A program made the position numbers and the translations under genes. From Candidatus Thorarchaeota archaeon (GTDB lineage: Archaea; Asgardarchaeota; Thorarchaeia; Thorarchaeales; Thorarchaeaceae): 25,766 nt of DNA. The stretch spans positions 1 to 25,766 of the forward strand of contig JAEOTX010000045.1 in assembly GCA_016839605.1 (NCBI GenBank), in the 5' to 3' direction. The notes beneath the pieces were generated by a model. That model was not told where the DNA came from. It saw only the letters and a list, made by a program, of their open reading frames with translations, and did not search any database. Of this stretch, positions 1 to 8,454 are shown piece by piece; the stretch's first letter is position 1, and every line of letters starts with the position of its first letter.

Positions 1-73
1 CATTATCCTCTCCATAGGTTCCTTTTACAATATCGACCACTGCGGCACGTACTGCAGTCATTCTCTCTCGCAT
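1..73 (-). CDS. 5' end of a gene running off the window; possibly RPA32/RPA2-like OB-fold ssDNA-binding subunit
   Basis: Manual translation from ATG at 73 gives MRERMTAVRAAVVDIVKGTYGEDN..., with a GGTGG SD at 87-83. Resembles the recalled N-terminus of archaeal RPA32-type proteins (R.R..A....I.DI..G.Y/F). Only 24 codons are visible. Confidence 0.45.
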   Translation of the reverse strand, partial: MRERMTAVRAAVVDIVKGTYGEDN

Positions 74-147
74 CAGGGTAGTCCACCTGTCTATACTTGT
101 TCTGTTTACTATTCAGTATTTATCGTTCTCTATATGATTGAAATGCT

Positions 148-1179
148 CTAGAAGTAGTCTGTGAGTGAACTCTGATGTGTAGACCCCCTCATCTCCTTTA
201 GCGCTTCATCCAAGCGCTCCAGAGATTTTTCAATGCGATTAGAGCTGAAGTCGTGTTCTCCGCATAGAATTCGAATTACCGCGTCATGATCGGGGTCCTT
301 CCATTTTGGTTCGTCAACATCCATCTTGGGCGGATTCAGAAAGATGGCTCTAATCTCTTCATAGGGGAAGTCTAGTTTGATCTTCCGCTCCTTCTCAATC
401 TGCTCAAGACATCCATACTGTTTAATCCATTTCAAAGCGGTCTTGGCTCCTACTCCCTCCAGCTTGTCGTTGTAATCAGTGCCTATCAGGATAGCAATGT
501 CTATGAGTTGCTCTCGAGTTATCTCTAATAGCCTGAGATTCAAGTCCAAGTCAATAATTTCAGGACTGATGGTCCTATACTTGGAGCGTCCAAATCTCCG
601 TCTTCCTGAGATATTCAGGTTTCTAATCATGCGGGGACAGTTGTATAACAGTGAGTCATTATCTTGGCTGGCACTTGCCCATACAATGTTCGCTCTAGTC
701 ATCTGTGCAGCCAGAGCCTCACCTTCCGATGGTGCCTGAATCACTGGAATCCCAAGGGCTGTCAGTAACTCTTTACTCTCATCTATCATTGGGCTAGTTA
801 GTCTAGAGCTAGCTTGTCCCGCTTTCCTCGCATCTTCAATTCGACCTTCCGCTTTCGCGCGCGCCCACTCCTCTCTCGCTGCATCTCGAATTTCTCTTCT
901 CCTTTGAACCTCTGCAGCCTTTAGCTTGGGAGCCTCCCCATCAAACACGAATATCGGGCTGATTCCGTTCTCTAGTAAGTTCAGGTTTCTGTAAAAGAGC
1001 CCAGAGAGGTGACTGGTTACACGACCCTGGCGATCCATGAGTGGTGTGCCATCAGGTTGTCTGATGCTTGCTAGAAATGCATAGATCGTGTTGAATGCGT
1101 CAATCGCGATTATTCGCCCGCCAAGCTCTCTCAATGAGATTGGTTCAGCAGTCACTATGTCACCTAGCTTTGTACCCAT
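148..1179 (-). CDS. fen: Flap endonuclease 1
   Basis: IAIDAFN, DRQGRVTSHLSGLFYR, FVFDG, APSEGEA, SQDNDSL and GTDYN motifs; C-terminal PIP box QSSLTDYF. Confidence 0.97.
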   Translation of the reverse strand: MGTKLGDIVTAEPISLRELGGRIIAIDAFNTIYAFLASIRQPDGTPLMDRQGRVTSHLSGLFYRNLNLLENGISPIFVFDGEAPKLKAAEVQRRREIRDAAREEWARAKAEGRIEDARKAGQASSRLTSPMIDESKELLTALGIPVIQAPSEGEALAAQMTRANIVWASASQDNDSLLYNCPRMIRNLNISGRRRFGRSKYRTISPEIIDLDLNLRLLEITREQLIDIAILIGTDYNDKLEGVGAKTALKWIKQYGCLEQIEKERKIKLDFPYEEIRAIFLNPPKMDVDEPKWKDPDHDAVIRILCGEHDFSSNRIEKSLERLDEALKEMRGSTHQSSLTDYF

Positions 1180-1281
1180 AATATTCTCTCCAAACTTACT
1201 AGCACGTCTTCATAGGCCCTTCAGCCATATATGGATTAAGCTCACTCCTGATAAGCTGGGCATCTTATACGCTTCGACAGG

Positions 1282-1289
1282 TTTATAAA
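1282..1289 (+). promoter_or_regulatory. Putative TATA box of the Zn-finger/EF-1beta operon (divergent from fen)
   Basis: TTTATAAA in the intergenic region, about 55 nt before the Zn-finger start. Confidence 0.5.
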
Positions 1290-1345
1290 AACCGCACCGC
1301 TGGGCCCATGAAACGCAACCAGCGATAATACCCTCTGGTGATAAT

Positions 1346-1522
1346 TTGTCCAATATGAGAGCTATCAGATGCACTTCATGTCACCGTTCAATCTCCCCAC
1401 AGGAGAACAGCGTGAAGTTTCAGTGTCCATCATGCGGCGAATTCACGATCTGGCGGTGCGAGGTCTGTAGACGTTTCTCTGTAAAATATACCTGCCCCAA
1501 TTGCGCGTTCGAGGGGCCATAA
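1346..1522 (+). CDS. Small zinc-finger protein (DUF1610/COG2888, HVO_2753-like); absent from the ORF track
   Basis: Manual translation (TTG 1346 or ATG 1355): MSNMRAIRCTSCHRSISPQENSVKFQCPSCGEFTIWRCEVCRRFSVKYTCPNCAFEGP*. Four CxxC motifs, family-typical FxCPxCG and CPxCxFEGP end, GGTGA SD at 1337, and the usual position upstream of EF-1beta. Confidence 0.92.
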   Translation: MSNMRAIRCTSCHRSISPQENSVKFQCPSCGEFTIWRCEVCRRFSVKYTCPNCAFEGP

Positions 1523-1544
1523 CTAAGAATGGAGTTGATTTGTA

Positions 1545-1811
1545 ATGGCAAGAGTAGTTGTCACATTAAAGGTGATGCCAGAAGACGTAGATGTTGATCT
1601 TGAGAGTCTGTTGGAGCGCATCAAGGCTGCTATTCCGGATGGAACGGATCTGCGAGCAAATGAGATAGTACCAGTGGCATTTGGCCTAAAGGCACTCAGA
1701 ATGAATGTTGCCAGAGAAGAGTCGATGGGCGGCACTGATGATATCGAAGAAGCCATTGGTTCTCTTGAGGGCGTAGCTCAGGTAGAGGTCGAGATGGTCT
1801 CGCGCATGTAG
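1545..1811 (+). CDS. ef1b: Translation elongation factor aEF-1beta
   Basis: LKVMPEDVDVDL and PVAFGLKAL motifs, 88 aa, GGAG SD at 1531. Confidence 0.95.
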   Translation: MARVVVTLKVMPEDVDVDLESLLERIKAAIPDGTDLRANEIVPVAFGLKALRMNVAREESMGGTDDIEEAIGSLEGVAQVEVEMVSRM

Positions 1812-1934
1812 AGAGAAGCGCGCCATCTGTCTATCTCAATTTGAAACAACGATTAGAACTCAGGGTTTATAACCAGTCTTTCATCGAAATCGTCTGTAAG
1901 TCAACTTCGCTTGGAACCAGATTTTATTGGTGTT

Positions 1935-1948
1935 AAAAAACCCTTTAT
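1935..1948 (+). promoter_or_regulatory. Putative BRE-TATA promoter of the cdc48 operon
   Basis: AAAAAACCCTTTAT about 100 nt upstream of the cdc48 TTG start. Confidence 0.4.
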
Positions 1949-2050
1949 GGGAACTTGAGAGAGGGATACAAGACGAAGTTGAAGGGTCGTCGGTAAGCCG
2001 TCCTGTTTCTGAGCTATCAGAATCCACAACTAAAAGGATGTTGCCAAGCA

Positions 2051-4246
2051 TTGGTCGAAATAATACTAAAAGTTACAGAGGCTGAGCATCGAGATATTGG
2101 TAGATTCATTGTTAGAATCGATGCTATGTCCATGGAAAAGCTAGGAGTCAGGACTGGGGACATAATCCAGATCAAAGGAAAGCGTGTGACTGCTGCAATT
2201 GCTTGGCCGGCCTATCAAGGAGATAAAGGCCGGGAGATTATCAGAATGGATGGTCGAATAAGACGAAATGCAGGAGTCAGCTTGAGTGAGAAAGTCACAG
2301 TTTCACGTGCAAATGAAGAGCCTGCGCGTAATATCACCCTTGCACCAACATCTGTGCCGATTCGACCAGAACCGAGATTCGAGGAGTTTGTTAAACGTAA
2401 GCTCCTCAACTGTCCTGTGACTACAAATGACACAGTTTTCATTCCAATTCTGGGACGCGCAATCCCCTTCAAGGTCACCGGCGTAAAACCAGCCGGAACC
2501 GTTGTGGTTCAGCACTCTTCAATGCTGTCAATTGCAGAGAAGCCGACTGGTGATGTTGTTGGTGCGGCACAGGTCACCTATGAAGAAATAGGTGGTCTTT
2601 CTGATGCAATTCAACGAATCCGCGAAATGGTAGAACTGCCAATGCGCCATCCTGAAATCTTCAAACGTCTTGGTATTGATCCGCCACGAGGACTAATTCT
2701 GCATGGTCCGCCTGGAACAGGAAAGACACTACTAGCTAAGGCTGTAGCAGGCGAGTCGGAAGCCAATTTCGTACACATAAATGGCCCAGAGATTATGTCT
2801 AAGTTTTATGGCGAGTCAGAACAGAAACTAAGGAAAATCTTTGAAGAAGCAGAAGAGAACGCTCCTAGTATAATCTTCATAGATGAGTTGGACGCTATAG
2901 CACCAAAACGAGAGGATGTACAAGGCGAGGTTGAGAGACGGGTTGTTGCACAGCTATTGGCAACCATGGATGGTCTCAAAGCACGAGGACAAGTGATTGT
3001 GATAGGAGCCACTAACAGAGTGAATGCACTTGATCCTGCATTACGACGACCAGGACGATTTGATAGAGAAATAGAAATTGGAGTGCCTGATGAAACTGGT
3101 CGTTTGGAAGTACTTCATATTCATTCACGAGGAATGCCTCTGACTGCTGAAGGAGATAATCGGGTAGACCTTCAGAATCTGGCGCACATAACACATGGCT
3201 TTGTAGGGGCCGACCTAAACGCACTTTGCAGAGAAGCAGCGATGAAGGCGCTCAGGAGATACCTTCCGCAGTTCAATCTAGAGGATGAAGAGATACCTCA
3301 AGAGGTTCTTGATGAACTCGAAGTTAACAACGAGGACTTCCTGGGGGCACTCAGAGAGATACAGCCATCTGCTGTGAGAGAGGTCTTTATCGAGGTTCCA
3401 AACGTCAGATGGTCTGATGTTGGCGGCCTTGATAAGGTCAAGGAGAAGCTCATAGAGGTCGTGGAATGGCCATTGAAGAAGCCGGAGTCATTCACAAGGA
3501 TTGGAATAGAGCCACCGAAGGGCGTGTTGATATTTGGACCCCCTGGATGTGGAAAGACACTCTTGGCAAAGGCGGTCGCCACTGAGAGTCAGGCAAACTT
3601 CATCAGCGTAAAGGGACCGGAATTGCTTTCAAAATGGGTTGGAGAGAGCGAGAAGGCAGTGAGAGAGGTGTTCCGAAAGGCTCGAACTGCTGCGCCCGCA
3701 ATCATATTCTTTGACGAACTTGACTCAATAGCTCCTTCACGGGGCCGAATCTCAGGAGACAGCAATGTCACTGAGAGAATGGTGAGTCAGTTACTCACTG
3801 AGATGGACGGCTTGGAGTCTATGAAGGACCTTGTGGTGCTTGCTGCAACCAACCGACCAGACCTCATAGACAGAGCGCTTCTCAGAAAAGGAAGATTTGA
3901 CAGATGGGTCTATATTCCACCGCCCACTGCTAAAGGACGCGAAGCCATATTCCAGATATACTTGGACAGAATGCCTCTGGACAAGGATGTAAAAATCAAG
4001 ACCCTGGTAGAGGCGACTGAGAATTTTGTCGGCGGTGACATTGAGAACTTGTGCAAAGAGGCGGGAATGCACGCACTGAAAGAGGACCTCGATATCGAAC
4101 TCGTTTCATGGAGACATTTTGAGGAAGCAATGAAGGCAGTACAGGCCTCCATCACTCCTAAGGACATCGCAGACTACGAGAAGATGAACGAGGAGTTCCA
4201 GAGAACAGCAGCAAAACCATCAACCGCACCACCAGGCTATATCTAG
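2051..4246 (+). CDS. cdc48: CDC48/VCP/p97 AAA+ ATPase
   Basis: N-domain plus two AAA modules ([21 protein letters not shown] and [20 protein letters not shown]); C-terminal GYI resembles an HbYX motif; TTG start. Confidence 0.97.
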   Translation: MVEIILKVTEAEHRDIGRFIVRIDAMSMEKLGVRTGDIIQIKGKRVTAAIAWPAYQGDKGREIIRMDGRIRRNAGVSLSEKVTVSRANEEPARNITLAPTSVPIRPEPRFEEFVKRKLLNCPVTTNDTVFIPILGRAIPFKVTGVKPAGTVVVQHSSMLSIAEKPTGDVVGAAQVTYEEIGGLSDAIQRIREMVELPMRHPEIFKRLGIDPPRGLILHGPPGTGKTLLAKAVAGESEANFVHINGPEIMSKFYGESEQKLRKIFEEAEENAPSIIFIDELDAIAPKREDVQGEVERRVVAQLLATMDGLKARGQVIVIGATNRVNALDPALRRPGRFDREIEIGVPDETGRLEVLHIHSRGMPLTAEGDNRVDLQNLAHITHGFVGADLNALCREAAMKALRRYLPQFNLEDEEIPQEVLDELEVNNEDFLGALREIQPSAVREVFIEVPNVRWSDVGGLDKVKEKLIEVVEWPLKKPESFTRIGIEPPKGVLIFGPPGCGKTLLAKAVATESQANFISVKGPELLSKWVGESEKAVREVFRKARTAAPAIIFFDELDSIAPSRGRISGDSNVTERMVSQLLTEMDGLESMKDLVVLAATNRPDLIDRALLRKGRFDRWVYIPPPTAKGREAIFQIYLDRMPLDKDVKIKTLVEATENFVGGDIENLCKEAGMHALKEDLDIELVSWRHFEEAMKAVQASITPKDIADYEKMNEEFQRTAAKPSTAPPGYI

Positions 4247-4259
4247 AGAGGTGAAAGTA

Positions 4260-4520
4260 ATGACATCGTGGAGCGTCATGCCTCTCAGAAACATAGTGAT
4301 GGAGATACTTCAGAAGAGAAGAGGGGTCATTCTAGATGATGAGCTGCAGAGAGCGCTGAAGAAGGCGCTTGGACAAGACCCAAGTGATGCCGAGCTCAAT
4401 TCGGCCCTTATGGAGTTGGAAATCAACGGTCTTGTGCATGTGAGTCAAATCACGAAGACAAAGAGAAGAATCGAAATTATAACTGAGGGGCACGAGTTCC
4501 TAGCCGTGGATGAAGACTAA
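4260..4520 (+). CDS. Small winged-helix protein, conserved archaeal hypothetical
   Basis: ATG 4260 after a GAGGTGA SD (track start GTG 4251). Helix-helix-helix-wing pattern (LNSALMELEINGLVHVSQITKTKRRIEI). Tightly spaced between cdc48 and ribL. Confidence 0.75.
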   Translation: MTSWSVMPLRNIVMEILQKRRGVILDDELQRALKKALGQDPSDAELNSALMELEINGLVHVSQITKTKRRIEIITEGHEFLAVDED

Positions 4521-4531
4521 TTGAGGCACGG

Positions 4532-4999
4532 ATGATGTCAGGCAAACGAGTGTTGGCTGCAGGCAAGTTCGATATCTTACACCTTGGACATTTGGCATAT
4601 CTGGAACAGGCTAAGGAGATTGCTGGTCAGGACGGCGAACTTATTGTTGTAATCGCCTTAGACAAGACCATCGAGAAGGAGAGGGGTGCTCCGCCGGTCT
4701 TTCCTGAAGAACAGCGAAGGAAGCTTGTGGAATCCCTTGATGTCGTCGACAAGGCGGTCCTTGGGTATGACACATCTGATCACACTGTCATTGTCACAGA
4801 TGTCAGACCGGATATTATTGCGCTTGGGTACGATCAGAAGACGGATATTTCCTCATTGGAGAAACACTTCCTAAAGAAGAACATGACCACAGAAATCGTA
4901 CGACTTGAGCAAAGAAAGGCTGATGGTCTGTTTTCCTCTACTCTGATACGAGAACGAATCATTGAATTCTATCGTGAAAACGGCAGAGCCAAAACTTGA
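4532..4999 (+). CDS. ribL: Archaeal FAD synthase (cytidylyltransferase fold)
   Basis: GKFDILHLGH (HxGH), PDIIALGYDQ and SSTLIR motifs. Confidence 0.85.
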   Translation: MMSGKRVLAAGKFDILHLGHLAYLEQAKEIAGQDGELIVVIALDKTIEKERGAPPVFPEEQRRKLVESLDVVDKAVLGYDTSDHTVIVTDVRPDIIALGYDQKTDISSLEKHFLKKNMTTEIVRLEQRKADGLFSSTLIRERIIEFYRENGRAKT

Positions 5000-5000
5000 C

Positions 5001-6350
5001 TCACAGCACCAGCTCGCCGCGTGCCTTCGCCTCACTGATTTTAATCATTCTTCTCACACGTCGGTCAATAGTCCATTTCCATATGCCAAATGTGACTCCA
5101 ATTGTAGCTATCAACCCAACCAATCCTAAAACTGTATACCATCCGAAAGGAAAGTGTATGACGAAATCTGGAAGAGGTCCGACAATGAAATATGGCCAAT
5201 TCACAGCTACGCCAAAAGCATACAGGAAACCCACAATAGTCAGTTCTTTTAGATAACCAATCTTGTGTTCATCCTTTTCAAATAGGAAAATTGCAGGACC
5301 TAACCAGAAGAGGTACCAGGGCATCTCCCATCTGAACACGAAAAGGACTGCAGGAAGCATGTAGATGTAGAGGGGTTTGAGAAGCTGAATCTTTCCTAAC
5401 AATGATGCTGTCCGGAAGGCCTCATTTTCTGGGAGATATAGCCGAATCGTAAAGAGCATGAAACCGACATATATCAGAAGGGGGATGATTGCAGGTGGCC
5501 AAGGATAGCTACCAACTACAATGCTATTCTCGACAATGGGAGTGTTTGAGAAGAGGCCTGGGTACATGGGATTTACTATGTACGAGCTGTAAGTGGATGT
5601 ATTGAGGAAGTGATTCACCAAGGAGCTGAAGTCAACATTCAGAAATAGAAATGGGATGACCGTCAGCAAGGTGGAAACAAGGAACCAAATAATCGACACT
5701 GGAGCTGCGAGGAACAATATGGGTAGTGCGACTACAGAATATATCTTGGTCTGGACAGAAAGGCCTAGGGCAAACATACCCTTGCCATATTGTTTCTCTT
5801 GGAGCAGAACCAATGACATGAGAAAGAGGCAGTCTACAATGGGCTCTAGCTTTCCTCCACCTGCAGACATAATGAGACCATAGACATAGTATCCAGTGAA
5901 GAAGAACCGTGCCCACTGCTTCTTGAAGATGCGATCACCCAAGAGAATCGCAACTAGAACAAGATTCAGGTTGAACACCAAGGTCAATAGGAAGTTCAAC
6001 CATAACGGCTGCAAGCCACCTTGTCCTGGAAATAACCACGTAGCTATAGCAAAGAAGACCAGCCCAAATACGGGATATTCGTAGGTGATGTTTCCCAGGT
6101 AGTCGGGAAGCACATGGTCTTCGTCATTATATCCCCACTCCGGTGGCAGGGCTGCAGCAAGTTCGTGGTCATTCATCTCATAGATTTCGAATCCATATAT
6201 CCAGAAAGCTTCACCATACATCTCGTTTCGGTTTCGGTCACGTTCAATGACCAAGTAATTTGCAAAGGGGATGGCGATCATAGAAATTATCAAGCTCAGC
6301 ACAAGCTCTCGTCGGAATCTCCAAATTGTGATTGAGATTGAACGGAGCAT
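5001..6350 (-). CDS. Multi-TM GT-C-fold glycosyltransferase (GT87/DUF2029-like)
   Basis: N-terminal TM, acidic external loop, YEYP, TKIY and PWYLFW motifs, and about 10-11 TM segments. Likely start ATG 6350 after a GGTGG SD (track start 6362). Confidence 0.6.
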   Translation of the reverse strand: MLRSISITIWRFRRELVLSLIISMIAIPFANYLVIERDRNRNEMYGEAFWIYGFEIYEMNDHELAAALPPEWGYNDEDHVLPDYLGNITYEYPVFGLVFFAIATWLFPGQGGLQPLWLNFLLTLVFNLNLVLVAILLGDRIFKKQWARFFFTGYYVYGLIMSAGGGKLEPIVDCLFLMSLVLLQEKQYGKGMFALGLSVQTKIYSVVALPILFLAAPVSIIWFLVSTLLTVIPFLFLNVDFSSLVNHFLNTSTYSSYIVNPMYPGLFSNTPIVENSIVVGSYPWPPAIIPLLIYVGFMLFTIRLYLPENEAFRTASLLGKIQLLKPLYIYMLPAVLFVFRWEMPWYLFWLGPAIFLFEKDEHKIGYLKELTIVGFLYAFGVAVNWPYFIVGPLPDFVIHFPFGWYTVLGLVGLIATIGVTFGIWKWTIDRRVRRMIKISEAKARGELVL

Positions 6351-6407
6351 GATTGTTACCACCAGAATCTTCAGTCGCGGGTCACAGTGGCCCGCTTCTC
6401 GAGGGCC

Positions 6408-6421
6408 ATAATTAAGGTTTT
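6408..6421 (-). promoter_or_regulatory. BRE-TATA promoter of the GT-C gene
   Basis: Minus strand AAAACCTTAATTAT; the identical 14-mer lies upstream of atpF (25090-25103). Confidence 0.6.
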
Positions 6422-6470
6422 GTGAGCAGAAAGCATCCCGGCACTATATAACGACTAGCAATACATGTAG

Positions 6471-8423
6471 CTAACCAAGGTATGTTGGGCAAGGCCATGT
6501 GTCGCACTTCAGACAATTTGTACATTTTTCGGGGTCTACTGTAATCTTACCTTCAACAAGATTCAATGCATCATGGTCACACTGAGGAACACAAGATCCA
6601 CATGCCTGACAGAAGAGTGCACGTTTCACGGCACGCTCTACTTGCTTAGCCAGAACCTCAACCTCGGATTCATCTTTCCCCCGAATGACCAGTGAACCTG
6701 AGCTGAACAGTGCTATTGTACTGTCACCAGAGGTTGTTCTGAGGGCTCCAAGCTCTTCAGATATTTTCGTCCTTCCAAAAATGGGCGTCAGCTTTGATAC
6801 TCGATTCAAATCGACACCTTCTGAAAATTGCCCCTCCAGACTAAATCCAGAGTCTGTGCAAGGCGAAACTCCCTTCACCACCTCAAGCTCCAAGCGATCA
6901 GAAGGTCCAGGACGTTCACTTTCTATATCCAGTCCAAGTTCATCAATCAGCTTCAACTGACCAGGTGGTAGGCTTTTCCATCTCCAAAAGCCAAACTCAG
7001 CCCACTCTTTGGAATAACCGAACTTTTCTGCCCATTCGCCAATCTTCTCTGTCCATCTCGCATAGAGTTCAGGATGAGTTTTGCGAAGACTCTCAATCTC
7101 GGCAAGCGGTGATGCAGGGCACAGATAACAGCCCATTCTATGATAACCTTCGTTGTACATTGGGTTGAATGGTTCCTCCTCTCTGAATATGTAGAGCCAA
7201 ACCTCTAGCGCGTTCCACTTCTGAATTGGATTTGCTGATGTTTGTCCAGGAACCCATGGATTTGAGGACACTCGTGGCTCCACCGAACGCTGAAAGGACT
7301 CGAGCTTTCTCTGGCCCATAAAGCTCAGCGTGTCACCACCTATCTCCTCACTGATTGCCAAAGCTGCGGGACCAAGCTTGAGAACTTTGCAGCACCAGCG
7401 GAAGTCCCTTGCTGGCGGTCCAAAAGTGTCAATTGACTCCCAGAACTGGTCACCTGCCTCCTGAGTAATAACTGTAGCCTGATGTCGAATCGCAAAGTCA
7501 TTCAGATATTCCACGGTTTCCGGGAGCTCAAGACCAGTGTCCATAAAGAAAAGTGGAGGGCTCTCTTTCAGTGCCTTCTCTACAAGAAGATATGTGACTA
7601 GAGAGTCTTTACCCCCACTAAAACCAACGACCACAGGCAACTGATGCCTTTTGATGGTTCGATGAATGAAGGAGATTGCTTCATTTTCTATCAATTCGAT
7701 GTCTATGGAGTTTGCTCTCACTGCGTCATCCCAGGAGGCCGATGTGGGATTAATGGCTGGCGGCTGCGGATCATCCACCTCACGGATCTTGATAGCGAAT
7801 CCTTTCGTTTCGCGAGCCATCTCTTTGCCACTCATTCTGGCGATTCCAACACCCAATACTGCTCCATTTGAATCAGTAATCCAGACTTCGTTCCCAACCT
7901 CAATGCCATTGTCACAACCAGCAATACCGGGGAGCATTAGGTTTGCACCCTTCTTCAGGTATTGCAGGACACCATCATGACATGAAACCCACTTCTGCCT
8001 GCTATGGGCTCCGATTCGACGACCTCCCTCTAGGGTGAGAAGGAAGGAATAGCCGCCTTTTGGGATGTCATAACGAAGACGACCAATAATTTGACCATCC
8101 ACAACATACTCATACATCGCGTCGAGCGAGGAAACCTTGTTGATCACTATGGTCTTGTCTGCGGGTAAGACCTTCTGGCCCACCCCCATACCGAATTGCT
8201 CATCTATGGTGGCTATGGCGCAGCGGAGATGACCCTCCATCGCAGGATATGGGTCACCAGGCGGTGATATCTGCACTTTTCTTGGCTCATTACCACAGGT
8301 TCCACAAATGGTCTCCGCTGCCTTTGGGATGTTGCAATCATCACACCAGTATAGCCGAATCTTGGTGAGGAAGGGTGCATGAGACCTTCTGAACTTTCTG
8401 CGGCCTTGTTTCTTTCGAGCCAG
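6471..8423 (-). CDS. Zn-ribbon + PUA + PAPS-reductase-like (PP-loop) + 2x[4Fe-4S] protein
   Basis: SGGKDS, DTGLE, WCCKVLK, RMGCYLCP, a PUA segment and C-terminal CQACGSCVPQC...CTNCLKC. The frame stays open upstream of the track start (8276) through WCDDC...CGTC to a TGA at 8432-8430; the most plausible starts are CTG 8423 or 8429. Confidence 0.85.
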   Translation of the reverse strand: MARKKQGRRKFRRSHAPFLTKIRLYWCDDCNIPKAAETICGTCGNEPRKVQISPPGDPYPAMEGHLRCAIATIDEQFGMGVGQKVLPADKTIVINKVSSLDAMYEYVVDGQIIGRLRYDIPKGGYSFLLTLEGGRRIGAHSRQKWVSCHDGVLQYLKKGANLMLPGIAGCDNGIEVGNEVWITDSNGAVLGVGIARMSGKEMARETKGFAIKIREVDDPQPPAINPTSASWDDAVRANSIDIELIENEAISFIHRTIKRHQLPVVVGFSGGKDSLVTYLLVEKALKESPPLFFMDTGLELPETVEYLNDFAIRHQATVITQEAGDQFWESIDTFGPPARDFRWCCKVLKLGPAALAISEEIGGDTLSFMGQRKLESFQRSVEPRVSSNPWVPGQTSANPIQKWNALEVWLYIFREEEPFNPMYNEGYHRMGCYLCPASPLAEIESLRKTHPELYARWTEKIGEWAEKFGYSKEWAEFGFWRWKSLPPGQLKLIDELGLDIESERPGPSDRLELEVVKGVSPCTDSGFSLEGQFSEGVDLNRVSKLTPIFGRTKISEELGALRTTSGDSTIALFSSGSLVIRGKDESEVEVLAKQVERAVKRALFCQACGSCVPQCDHDALNLVEGKITVDPEKCTNCLKCDTWPCPTYLG

Positions 8424-8454
8424 TTGCAGTCAACTCCATTAGCAGGTGCTGCGG

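Noticed and set aside
1812-2050. tRNA or C/D-box sRNA in the long intergenic region
   Set aside because: No cloverleaf or T-loop, and no C box (RUGAUGA) to pair with the lone CUGA.
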